The notes below the pieces were generated by a model that was not told the origin of the DNA, did no database searches, and worked only from the letters and a program-made list of their open reading frames with translations. A program made the translations under genes and the position numbers. From Candidatus Krumholzibacteriia bacterium (GTDB lineage: Bacteria > Krumholzibacteriota > Krumholzibacteriia > LZORAL124-64-63): a DNA stretch of 61,483 bases. Shown in pieces: positions 36,665-45,594 of this stretch. The stretch spans positions 1 through 61,483 of the forward strand of contig JAWOID010000123.1 in the NCBI GenBank assembly GCA_046484865.1, in the 5' to 3' direction. Position 1 is the first letter of the stretch, and every line of letters starts with the position of its first letter.

Positions 36665-39556
36665 TCAACGCCAGCGCGCCTCCCAGGCCCGGGGCTGGTC
36701 GCGCAGGAAACGGTCGAACCACTCCAGCAGCATGGTGCGATGGCGCACGAAGTTCTCGAAGGTGCCGCCGAGACCGTGTCCCTCGCCCGGGAACGTCACC
36801 AGTTCCACCGGCTTACCCTGCACGGCCAGGGCAGTGAACAGCTGGGCCGATTCGCCGGGCGTGACGTTCGCGTCGGCGTCGCCGTGCATCAGCAGCAGCG
36901 GCGTCTGCACGTGCTGGGCCCGGAACAGCGGAGAGCGCTCCACGAAGTACCCGGGATCGGCCCACGGTGTGCGTCCGGCCAGCGCCATGTCGCCGTAGGT
37001 CCAGCCCCACGCGCCCTGGCCCCAGTAAGTGGCCAGATCGCTGATGCCGTACAGCGAGACCGCGGCGGCGAACACGTCGGTGGCCGTGACCAGGTACTGC
37101 GTGATGAAACCGCCGTAGCTGCCTCCGTAGATGCCGATGCGCCCGCGATCCACCTCCGGGTGCTCCGCCAGGAAGGCCTCCACGCCGGCCAGGACGTCGG
37201 CGGCGGCAGCAGGGCCCCAGTCGCCGGCGTGCACGTCGGCGAAAGCCTCTCCGTAGCCGCCGGCGCCGCGGGGATTCACCACCAACACGGCGTAGCCGTT
37301 GGCGGCCAGGAACTGGTGCGTGGTGTTGAAGGCGCGGCTGCTGGGCACCGATCCGCCGTAGGTGTAGACGACCAGGGGCATGGTGCCCGCCCCCGCCCGG
37401 TTCGATCCCGGGCGCGCGCCTCCGGGGTCGTCTGCGCCGTCGCCGGCACCCCCGCCGCCGCGGGCCTCGCGGTGACGGGGGGCGAAAGGCCCGACCGGCG
37501 CGTACCACCACGCCTCGATCGTCTCGCCCCCGGGTCCGGTGAACGAGGCGTCGCGCGCGCTGGCCAGCAGCCAGCGCCCGCGCGCCTGCGCCGCGGGTTC
37601 CTCCAGGAGCACGGGCGGATCGTCCATGGTCTGACGGTAGAGTGCCGGCGGGCTCGTGGGCCCGCCGGCGACGTAGGCCACCGCCGCACCCCCGGGTGAC
37701 AGCGCACAGCCGGCCACGGTCTCGCCGGCGGTCTCCAGGGGCATGGCATGCCATTCCCCGCCGCTCTCCATCAGCGCCACCACCCGCGCGCGCGACCCCT
37801 CGTCAGCCTGGACCAGGAGCTTGCGCCCCTTCCCGTCCCAGCCGGGCAGGCCGTTTCCCGACTCGAACGCGTAGGGCTGGTCGCGGGTGATCCGCACGAG
37901 CCGCCCCTCCGGCAGCATCAGCAGCCAGACCTGCTTCTGGTACACGTTGCGTTCGGGACGGCCGCCGCCCACCTCCCCGGGCGGTCCCAGGAAGGCCACG
38001 GCACTGCCGTCGGGACGCGGCGCGAAGTGCTGCGGCCGCACCTCCCAGCCGCCGGTGAAGGTGGCCAGCAGGCTGTCGGCACCGCTGCCGAGCTGGAGCA
38101 GGCGCAGCTCGGTGCGGAACCACGGCCGCTCGGCCTGCGGCAGCGTGCGGCCGTACACGACACGCTCGCCGTCGGGCAGGAACACGGCGTCGTCCAGCAC
38201 CCAGTCCCCGGGCAGCGTCAGCCGTCGTCGCAGTCCGCTCTCGAGGTCGACCAGATGGAGGTGCGTCCCCGGCGTGAAGTCCGTGATGCGCTGGCGAGGA
38301 TGCTGCAGTCGACGCGGACCGTCGGTCTTCGCTTCCGGCGTCTCGAAACCACGGGAGGAGGCCACCAGGAGAAATCGTCCGTCCGGGGAGAACCGGGCAA
38401 AGGCGAACCCCGGCTCGTCCTCCAGCACGATCCGCGACGGACCTCGCGGAACCGCCCACAGCAGCAGATCGTCGCCGACGTCGTGTCCACCGGGCGCGCG
38501 GCGTCTCAGCAGCAAGCTCAGTCCGTCCGGCGCGAAGGCGAGCGGTCGCGCGTCGGGGCCGCCCAGGTCCGCGGCCAGGATACCGCCCGCCGCGTCCAGG
38601 ACCTCCACGCTGGAGCGGGTCTCCTCGCCTGTGGGCTGCCGGCGGGTGAGGCGGCGCACGACCGTCCGGCCGTCGGTCGCGATGGCCACGTCGCCGATGG
38701 CCGGCAGTTCCCGCGCAGCATCGATGTCGGCGAAGGGGCGCTGCGGCGCCGTGGTCCAGCCAAGTTCGAGATCATCGTCCGCCGGGCCGGCCGCCGGGCC
38801 ATCCTCCGGGACCGCCGCTGCGGCCAGGGCGAGGGACGCGGTCCCGGCGCCGCCGGCGACCACGGTCCGCACCCGCACCTCCCGCAGGCCGCGGCCGCCC
38901 GTGACGGTGGCGCTCGATTCCGGCGGGTCGTCCGTGCCGCCGTCGTCGTCGGCCTGCTCGCTCGCCACCAGCTCGCCGTCCACGTAGAGGGCCGAAGCGC
39001 CGGTGACGGTGATCCGCACCTCGGCATGGCGGTCCTGCCGGAGCCGCACCGCCGTCCAGTACACGCCGGGCCCGCCGTCCAGCGGCACCTTGCCGTCGGT
39101 CGCGTTGACCGCACGCCAGGTCGCCAGCAGCCCCGGCGCCACCGCCACGTGCCCGCCCGCGGCCGGCAGCGTGCGCAGCGACGCGATCTCCGCTACCGGC
39201 TGGACATCGCCCCAGGCGATGACGAACGCCGCGGGGCCGTCGGTGTCCGCGGTGTCGGTGGCGGCGGTCGCACCTGGCTCGGCGGCGACCGACCCGCCCG
39301 GCAGGTCATCAGGAGACAGCGGCAGGGGACCGAGCACGAGCACTCGGTCGGCCGTCACCGGGCCGGCGGCGGCGATGCATGGCTGCGGTACGAAGGCGGC
39401 GCCGAGTGCGAGGACGAGCACGCCGGCGGCGGCGGTGCGCCACGGTCGCGGCCGGGGCGGCGAGCCCGGCCGAGGGCGGGATGGCGAGCCCGGCCGAGGG
39501 TTTGCTCCTCGACGCGACAGCGGCCGGAAGGTGGGATCAGCCTGCATGCGGTTCAT
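36665..39556 (-). CDS. Secreted S9C-type (acylaminoacyl/dipeptidyl) peptidase with beta-propeller
   Basis: Propeller repeats (FSPDGR, FLPDGE), YGG, NPRGAGGYG, GGSYGG, HGDAD, EGHG. Confidence 0.9.
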   Translation of the reverse strand: MNRMQADPTFRPLSRRGANPRPGSPSRPRPGSPPRPRPWRTAAAGVLVLALGAAFVPQPCIAAAGPVTADRVLVLGPLPLSPDDLPGGSVAAEPGATAATDTADTDGPAAFVIAWGDVQPVAEIASLRTLPAAGGHVAVAPGLLATWRAVNATDGKVPLDGGPGVYWTAVRLRQDRHAEVRITVTGASALYVDGELVASEQADDDGGTDDPPESSATVTGGRGLREVRVRTVVAGGAGTASLALAAAAVPEDGPAAGPADDDLELGWTTAPQRPFADIDAARELPAIGDVAIATDGRTVVRRLTRRQPTGEETRSSVEVLDAAGGILAADLGGPDARPLAFAPDGLSLLLRRRAPGGHDVGDDLLLWAVPRGPSRIVLEDEPGFAFARFSPDGRFLLVASSRGFETPEAKTDGPRRLQHPRQRITDFTPGTHLHLVDLESGLRRRLTLPGDWVLDDAVFLPDGERVVYGRTLPQAERPWFRTELRLLQLGSGADSLLATFTGGWEVRPQHFAPRPDGSAVAFLGPPGEVGGGRPERNVYQKQVWLLMLPEGRLVRITRDQPYAFESGNGLPGWDGKGRKLLVQADEGSRARVVALMESGGEWHAMPLETAGETVAGCALSPGGAAVAYVAGGPTSPPALYRQTMDDPPVLLEEPAAQARGRWLLASARDASFTGPGGETIEAWWYAPVGPFAPRHREARGGGGAGDGADDPGGARPGSNRAGAGTMPLVVYTYGGSVPSSRAFNTTHQFLAANGYAVLVVNPRGAGGYGEAFADVHAGDWGPAAAADVLAGVEAFLAEHPEVDRGRIGIYGGSYGGFITQYLVTATDVFAAAVSLYGISDLATYWGQGAWGWTYGDMALAGRTPWADPGYFVERSPLFRAQHVQTPLLLMHGDADANVTPGESAQLFTALAVQGKPVELVTFPGEGHGLGGTFENFVRHRTMLLEWFDRFLRDQPRAWEARWR

Positions 39557-39670
39557 GGTCTCTCCTCCGGAATGCGGACCCGGTCGTCCGTGGCGATCGC
39601 GACGCCGGACTGTGCGGCCGCCGCGGCAGCAGCCGGTCGCCCGCGTCCGCGCGCCGGCGCGCCGGCGCCG

Positions 39671-41053
39671 TCAGAGTTCGACGCTCTCCCCGAGTTCCGG
39701 CACGCTCGTCTCGGCGCCCGTCTCGGCGGCGATGCGTGCGGCCAGGGCCTCGGCGGGACCATCCTCTCCGTGAACCACGAATACCCGGCTCGGCGGCTGC
39801 GCGCCGCTGGTGATCCAGCGCAGCAGTTGATCGCCATCGGCATGGGCGCTGAGACCTTGCATGGTGGCCACTCGCGCGCCCACGAGCACGTCGCCTCCGT
39901 GGATGCGCAGCGTACGCGCGCCCTCCTGCAGGGATCGGCCGCGGGTGCCGGCAGCCTGGTAGCCGGTCAGCAGGATCAGGTTCTCACGCCGGGGCAGCCG
40001 CCGTACCAGGTGGTGCAGGATGCGACCGCCGGTCATCATCCCGCTGGAGGCGACGATCACCCGGGGACCATCCAGATCGTTGAGCGCCTTGCTCTCGTGC
40101 ACCGTGCGGTGCAGGTGCACGTCACCCGGGAACAGACGGCTGCGGCCGTCCTCGGTGACGGCGCTGTCCAGGGAGGCGTCGTCGAGGTGGCGGCCGTAGA
40201 TCAGGGTGGCGTCGATCGCCATCGGACTGTCGATGTGGATGGGCACGCTGGGCAACTCGCCGGCTTCCATCAGCTCGCGCAGCACCAGGGTGACCAGCTG
40301 CACCCGACCCACCGCGAAGGCCGGGATCAGCACCACGCCGCGGCGCTCGATGGTCTCGGCGAAGATGTCGCGGATCTGGTCCCTCACGGAGGTCGTCTCG
40401 TGGCTACGGTCGCCGTACGTGGACTCCACCACCAGCACGTCGCAGGTGGGCAACGGGTCGGGATCGCGATGCAGGGGCGCATCGTAGCGGCCCACGTCGC
40501 CGCTGAAGACCAGGGTCCGCGCGCCGTCGCCGTCGCGGACGGTGATCTCCGCGCAGGCGGCGCCCAGGATGTGGCCGACGTTGTGCAGGCGCAGGTCCAC
40601 GCCTTGCCCGAGCGGCACGCGCTTGCCGTAATCGACGGGCGCGAGCTGCTTGAGCGCCAGCCAGGCGTCCTCCATGGTGTAGAGCGGCTCGGCGGGTCGA
40701 TGCTTGGAGAAGCCGCGCTTGTTGGCCCATGCCGCGTCCTCCTCCTGCAGGTGTGCGGCGTCCATCAACATCAATTCGAGCAGCTCCGCGGTGGCGGGCG
40801 TGCAGTGGACCGGCGCGTGGAAACCATACTGCATGAGCCGCGGCAGATAGCCCGAGTGGTCGATGTGCGCGTGGGTGAGCACCACGTGATCCAGGAAACC
40901 CGGATCGAACCCCGGGCCCTGCCAGTTGAGCAGCCGGAGCTTCTTCAAGCCCTGGAAAAGGCCGCAGTCGATGAGAATGCGCTGGTCGCCGGTCTCGAGC
41001 AGATGCCGCGAACCGGTGACGGTGCGGGCCGCGCCGTGGAAGGTGAGGCGCAA
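39671..41053 (-). CDS. MBL-fold beta-CASP ribonuclease (YSH1/CPSF73-like)
   Basis: GAARTVTGS, THAHIDHSG, GHILG, SGDVG, ESTYG, AVGR, SSGMMTGGR, SAHAD, VHGE. Confidence 0.92.
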   Translation of the reverse strand: MRLTFHGAARTVTGSRHLLETGDQRILIDCGLFQGLKKLRLLNWQGPGFDPGFLDHVVLTHAHIDHSGYLPRLMQYGFHAPVHCTPATAELLELMLMDAAHLQEEDAAWANKRGFSKHRPAEPLYTMEDAWLALKQLAPVDYGKRVPLGQGVDLRLHNVGHILGAACAEITVRDGDGARTLVFSGDVGRYDAPLHRDPDPLPTCDVLVVESTYGDRSHETTSVRDQIRDIFAETIERRGVVLIPAFAVGRVQLVTLVLRELMEAGELPSVPIHIDSPMAIDATLIYGRHLDDASLDSAVTEDGRSRLFPGDVHLHRTVHESKALNDLDGPRVIVASSGMMTGGRILHHLVRRLPRRENLILLTGYQAAGTRGRSLQEGARTLRIHGGDVLVGARVATMQGLSAHADGDQLLRWITSGAQPPSRVFVVHGEDGPAEALAARIAAETGAETSVPELGESVEL

Positions 41054-41149
41054 GGGGTTCGCTCCTGGTTGGTGGCCGGTGACCGGGGGCGGCCAGGCTC
41101 AACCTGGGCCCTGATATCTGGCCCGGAAGACTAGCAGAAAGGCGGGGTT

Positions 41150-41323
41150 CGGTGGTTCAAGAAGCTGGGGACCGGGGCCCCGACGATTCCGCGAGCAGGG
41201 CGCGTTCAACACGATGCAATCGGTAGAGCCCACGAACGAGAGCGATTGGTAACACTGTAACGAACTGACACAGGTCAGTTGATCGCGGCTGGTTGGGGCT
41301 CCCGGTGTCCATGTTTGCCATCG
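41150..41323 (+). ncRNA. Candidate structured ncRNA (long irregular hairpin; 6S-like size)
   Basis: Nested complementary arms 41150-55/41318-23, 41169-84/41292-310, 41189-94/41283-88, 41217-22/41243-48, 41263-69/41274-80; G-U pairs favour the + strand; no credible CDS. Confidence 0.4.
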
Positions 41324-41453
41324 CCGGCACGACACTTCGGCACGTACGGCGATTCGCGACCGGTTCGCCGCCCCGCACCAGCCTCTCTCCCCGATGCAAA
41401 GGCCCGGGGCCGCACGTGGCGACCCCGGGCCCGATCGGCACTCGCGGGTGCAA

Positions 41454-41528
41454 GTCAGCGGGCAGGCCGGTCAGCAGGTCAGCCGGTCAGCAGGTCAGCC
41501 CGCCAGCGAGTCAGCGGCCGTCAGCCGC
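41454..41528. repeat. Low-complexity GTCAGC-based short repeats
   Basis: GGTCAGCA/GGTCAGCC units in tandem just downstream of the 41529 stop. Confidence 0.7.
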
Positions 41529-42767
41529 CTACCCCTTGGCCCCCTTCCCTTCCGCCTTCTCCCCGCCCGCCGGCTCTTCCTCCTTCATCCCACGGAACTT
41601 CTCCACCTGCCGCTTGAAGAACGCGCGCTCGGGCGCCAGCTCCGCCGCGCGCTCGGCCAGTTCCACGGCCCGGTCCAGGTTCCCCCGGACGGCGGCGATC
41701 TCCGCCGCCGTGTCCAGCAGGTTGGCCCGCGTGCCGTCGTCGGCGGCCAGCTCCGCGCCCTTCATCGCCAGCCGCTCCGCCTCCTCGAGCTGCACGCGCC
41801 GCTGGAACGACCACCACGCGAACTCGTTCAGCTTGTCGGGACTCTCCTGCCAGGCCTCGCCCAGCGTCTCGCGCTTCAGCGCGACGGCCCGGGCGGGGTC
41901 GTTCTCGACGAACAGCGCGTAGTCCGGCATCGCCTGGGTCCGGAATGCCTGAAGATCCTCGTCCTCCGTGCCCTCGGTCCGCTCGACCGCCTGCTTCAGG
42001 TAGGGCACCACCACCGCGGGCTCGCCGGTCTGGAGCGCCAGCCGCCCCAGCGCGATGGTGACGTCCACGAGCGTCTCGGTGTCCGAGTCCGGCGCGGTGA
42101 CCAGCCGGTCGGCCTGCGCGCGGACCTCGTCCATGCTCGCCTGCCCGCTGGCCGCCGCCCGGGTCAGCGCGCCGAAGAGCTCCCGCTGGTAATCCGCCGC
42201 CTGCTCCGCATCGTCGGTCAGCTCGAGGGCGGTGCGAAGGTGGCCGACCGCGGCGGCCGGGTCCTCGTAGAGCGCCTGCCGGGCCAGCGCACGGACCAGC
42301 GCCAGCGTCGGCTCACGCTCGTACGCCTCGCGCTTGGCCGCGACCGGGCGCAGGTCGTCCCGCGCCTCCTCCATGGCGGCCACCCATTCCTCGGCGCCGT
42401 CCTCGCCGTAGCCGAACCAGCGGTCCACCTCCTCGCCGTCCTCGTTGAGCATGACGAAGGTGGGCAGGACCCGCACGCGGTACTCGGGCGCGAGTTCTTT
42501 CCCCTCACCCTGCTCCGCGTTCAGCATCAGCAGGACGACCTCCTCGAGACCGGCCTGCAGCGTGGCGTCTTCCTTCGCCGCACGGGCGAACAGCTTGCAG
42601 GAGCCTCACCAGTCGGTGTAGAAGTCGATCACCACCGGCCGGCCGGTGGCCTCGGCGCGGGACAGGGCTGCCTCGAGGGATGCCGCCTCTTCGTCGGTGG
42701 CTCCGGCGGAGCCGACCAGCGCGACGGTCGCCGCCAGGAGTGCGACCGGGAGGAACTTGCGGTTCAT
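41529..42767 (-). CDS. Secreted thioredoxin-fold + TPR-like selenoprotein (UxxC: W-U-G-S-C), 412 aa with Sec at residue 54
   Basis: ORF 42606..43196 ends PVVIDFYTDW-TGA and continues in frame GSCKLF...LLMLNAEQGEG into ORF 41529..42527 (YRVRVLPTFV cis-Pro loop); signal peptide from ATG 42767; SECIS-like hairpin follows the UGA. Confidence 0.85.
42574..42590 (-). promoter_or_regulatory. Bacterial SECIS-like hairpin
   Basis: 15 nt after the UGA (42608-42606): TTCGCC-CGTGC-GGCGAA; loop starts after 21 nt and has G at position 2; an outer CCTGCA/TGCAGG stem is also possible. Confidence 0.6.
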
Positions 42768-42945
42768 GGGCTGGACCTTTCCGTGATGGGTGCCGACGCA
42801 ATACGTTCGCGCGGCTGATACTAAGGCGGTGGGCCGCGCCGCCCCAGCGAAAAACGGCCGCCACAACATAGCACAGTTCGTGAGTGGGATATACGCTGGC
42901 GGCGACCACCGGGTTTCCCGCACTCGCGCCCGAGGAGCCGATCGC

Positions 42946-43632
42946 ATGGCGTCCGAGCCCCGCTTCCGCCCCGCCCTGTTCCGGTTCCTGGCGGATCTGG
43001 CGGTCAACAACGACCGGACCTGGTTCCAGGAAAACCGCGACCGGTACGAGCGCGACGTGCGCGGCCCCGCCCTGGCGTTCGTCGCGGCCATGGGGCCGCA
43101 CCTGCGCCGGCTGAGCCCGCACCTGCAGGCGGATCCGCGGCCCACCGGCGGGTCCCTGTTCCGCATCCACCGCGACGTGCGCTTCAGCCGCGACAAGTCG
43201 CCCTACAAGACGCACGTGGGCATCCAGTTCCGGCACGACGCCGGCCGCGACGCCCACGCGCCCGGCCTCTACCTGCACCTGGAGCCGCGCGGGTCGTTCG
43301 TGGCGGCCGGGGTCTGGCGGCCCGACACCGCGTCCGCGCGGCGGATCCGCGCCGCCATCGCCTCCGAGCCGGACGCCTGGCGGGTCTCCGGCGCCGCCCT
43401 GGCCGGTGACGGCTGGGAGTCGCAAGGCGAACGGCTCGCCCGGGCCCCGCGCGGCTTCCGTCCCGACCACCCGCTGATCGACGACCTGAAGCGCAAGAGC
43501 TGGATCGAGTTGCGTTCCCTGACGCAGCGCGAGGTCACGCGCGCGGGCTTCCCGGAGCGGCTGGGAGAACGGCTGCTGCCTGCGCGGAGCCGGCTCGGCT
43601 TCCTCTGCCGGGCGCTGGGGCTGCCGTTCTAG
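42946..43632 (+). CDS. DUF2461 (TIGR02453) family protein
   Basis: NNDRTWF, FRIHRDVRFSRDKSPYK, YLHL, LARAPRGF. Confidence 0.9.
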   Translation: MASEPRFRPALFRFLADLAVNNDRTWFQENRDRYERDVRGPALAFVAAMGPHLRRLSPHLQADPRPTGGSLFRIHRDVRFSRDKSPYKTHVGIQFRHDAGRDAHAPGLYLHLEPRGSFVAAGVWRPDTASARRIRAAIASEPDAWRVSGAALAGDGWESQGERLARAPRGFRPDHPLIDDLKRKSWIELRSLTQREVTRAGFPERLGERLLPARSRLGFLCRALGLPF

Positions 43633-43685
43633 CGCGCGAGTCTGGCCCGCGAGCGCCCGCGGGACACGCAGGCCACCCGCAGGGC

Positions 43686-43723
43686 AAAAAATGGGGGTCC
43701 CGCCGCGGCTGCGACGGGACCCC
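43686..43723 (-). terminator. Rho-independent terminator on the minus strand
   Basis: GGGGTCCCGTCGC-AGCC-GCGGCGGGACCCC-CA-TTTTTT. Confidence 0.8.
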
Positions 43724-43801
43724 GCAAGGATCAGCTTCGGTGGCGTTGGGTTACCCCGCTCGGGGGCGATCCCGGATCGGCCAGCCGATGGAGAGGCCCT
43801 G

Positions 43802-43849
43802 TCACCGCAGGGACGCCACCTCCACTGAGCCGGATCTATCAGAACTCAC
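43802..43849 (-). CDS. Putative 15-aa small ORF (MSSDRSGSVEVASLR) within a small transcript, or an sRNA
   Basis: GTG start preceded by GAGGAGGTGATCC (extended complement of the 16S 3' end); followed by hairpins and the 43686-43723 terminator. Confidence 0.4.
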   Translation of the reverse strand: MSSDRSGSVEVASLR

Positions 43850-44186
43850 TGGATCACCTCCTCACCGGGCGTGTCACCCGCGGCGAGACCCACCTCGCCC
43901 GACCCCGCGAACCGCCCCTGCCGCCCAGGGCCGCCGCGCCGTGAGGCGCGGAGAGACGTCTCGACGTTAAGATATCAGGAGAAACCTTGCAAGCAGGGTT
44001 TGCCCTGGGTTGCCGGGCTCGTCGTCGCCCGGGCACCCGCGGGTGAACATCCGGCCGGCGCCACCGGTTCCCGCCAGCGCGAGGTCCGTCCCGTCGATCG
44101 GCGAATTTTCCTTTAACGGATCTGCCCGGTTTCCTATCCTGGCTGCCGGCACCGACGACCGGGCTCTCCCAGCGAGGACCGTCCCC

Positions 44187-45575
44187 ATGGATTTTCCCGT
44201 CTTCCACCTGGATTTCTTCGGCAACCGGCTGCTGATCGCCGTGATCGCCAGCGTCCATGTGCTGATCAACCATATGCTGGCCGTGGGCGCCATGCCCATG
44301 ATCACCGCCATGGAATGGCACGGCTGGCGGCGCGGTGACCAGGAGTGGGACCGGCTCGCGTACCGGCTGCTGTTCATCGCGTTCGTGGTGACCACCACCC
44401 TGGGCGCCCTCACCGGCGTGGGGATCTGGGTCTCCACCAGCCTGGTGAATCCGGCCGCCATCGGCAGCCTCATCCGCATCTTCTTCTGGGCGTGGTTCAC
44501 GGAGTGGCTCGTCTTCGTCGGCGAGGTGCTGCTGATCCTGGTCTACTTCCTGACCTGGCGATCGTGGGGCGCGCGGCACAAGCGGGCTCACATCGGTGTG
44601 GGCGTGGTGCTCAGTGCATTCTCGTGGGCCACCATGGCCATCATCGTGGCCATCCTGGGCTTCCAGATGGAGACCGGGGTGTGGACGGTGGATCAGAGCT
44701 TCCGCACTGCCGTGCTGAACCCGCTCTACCTGCCCCAGCTCGCCTTCCGCACGCCGTTCGCCATGGTCACCGCGGGGCTGTTCGGGCTGATGCTCACCTG
44801 GTTGCTGACTCGACGCCGGCCCGAGTTGCGCGCACGCGCCGTCCGGTTCCTCTCGGTCTGGACGCTGGCGTGGACACCGCTCTGGCTCGCCGGCTCGTGG
44901 CTGTACTACCAGGCCGTGCCCGAGCCCATGCGCGCCAACCTCGGCGTGGCCCTCGGCACCACCCGCTACGAGAGCGTGTACGACAGCCTGGTCTGGCTCA
45001 TCGCGGCGGCGGTGGGCGCCTGCCTGCTGGTGGCGACGTGGGGCGCGCTAGCGCCGCGCCGCCTGCCGGGAGCGGCCCTGCTGGTGCCCGGCATCCTGTC
45101 GATCTGGCTGCTCAGCTACTTCGAACGCGCGCGGGAATTCGTCCGCAAGCCCGACGTGATCGAGGCCTACATGTACTCCAACGCGCTGCGCGATGCCGAC
45201 TACCCCCTGTATCGCGAGCAGGGTCTGCTGCGCCATGCCGCCTACGCGGCCGTGGACCGCGTGACGGAGGACAACCGCCTGCTCGCCGGGCAGGAGATGT
45301 TCCGGCTGGCCTGCTCGCGCTGCCACACCACGCGCGGGGTGAACGGCATCGTCGAGAAGCTCGCGACGATGTACGGCGCGGGCGCCTGGGACGCGGACAC
45401 GGTGGAGCTGTACCTGGGCGGCATGCACAATGCGCGGCCGTTCATGCCGCCTTTGCCCGGCAACGAGGAGGAGCGCGCCGCTCTCGCCGCCTACCTGGTG
45501 GCGCTGCGCGGTCGCTGGCTGCCGCTGCACGGGGCGCAGACCGAGGGCAGGCCGCGACCGGCGGCCGCGCCGTGA
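44187..45575 (+). CDS. CydA-like membrane protein fused to C-terminal cytochrome c (cytochrome bd superfamily, non-quinol OR-C/OR-N-like)
   Basis: TM1 HVLINH, TTTLGALTGVGIW, WAWFTEW.VF, GFQM, REFVRKP, C-terminal CSRCH + MPP; ATG after GAGG. Confidence 0.75.
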   Translation: MDFPVFHLDFFGNRLLIAVIASVHVLINHMLAVGAMPMITAMEWHGWRRGDQEWDRLAYRLLFIAFVVTTTLGALTGVGIWVSTSLVNPAAIGSLIRIFFWAWFTEWLVFVGEVLLILVYFLTWRSWGARHKRAHIGVGVVLSAFSWATMAIIVAILGFQMETGVWTVDQSFRTAVLNPLYLPQLAFRTPFAMVTAGLFGLMLTWLLTRRRPELRARAVRFLSVWTLAWTPLWLAGSWLYYQAVPEPMRANLGVALGTTRYESVYDSLVWLIAAAVGACLLVATWGALAPRRLPGAALLVPGILSIWLLSYFERAREFVRKPDVIEAYMYSNALRDADYPLYREQGLLRHAAYAAVDRVTEDNRLLAGQEMFRLACSRCHTTRGVNGIVEKLATMYGAGAWDADTVELYLGGMHNARPFMPPLPGNEEERAALAAYLVALRGRWLPLHGAQTEGRPRPAAAP

Positions 45576-45594
45576 ACCCCCACCCGGAGACGAG

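Noticed and set aside
42606..42608. UGA reassigned genome-wide to Trp/Gly (codes 4/25)
   Set aside because: Many well-defined genes here end in TGA at the expected family C-terminus (cydA, cydB, thiN, TBDR)
43851..43863. GGATCACCTCCT matching the 16S rRNA 3' terminus
   Set aside because: No other rRNA sequence flanks it; better explained as an extended SD on the opposite strand
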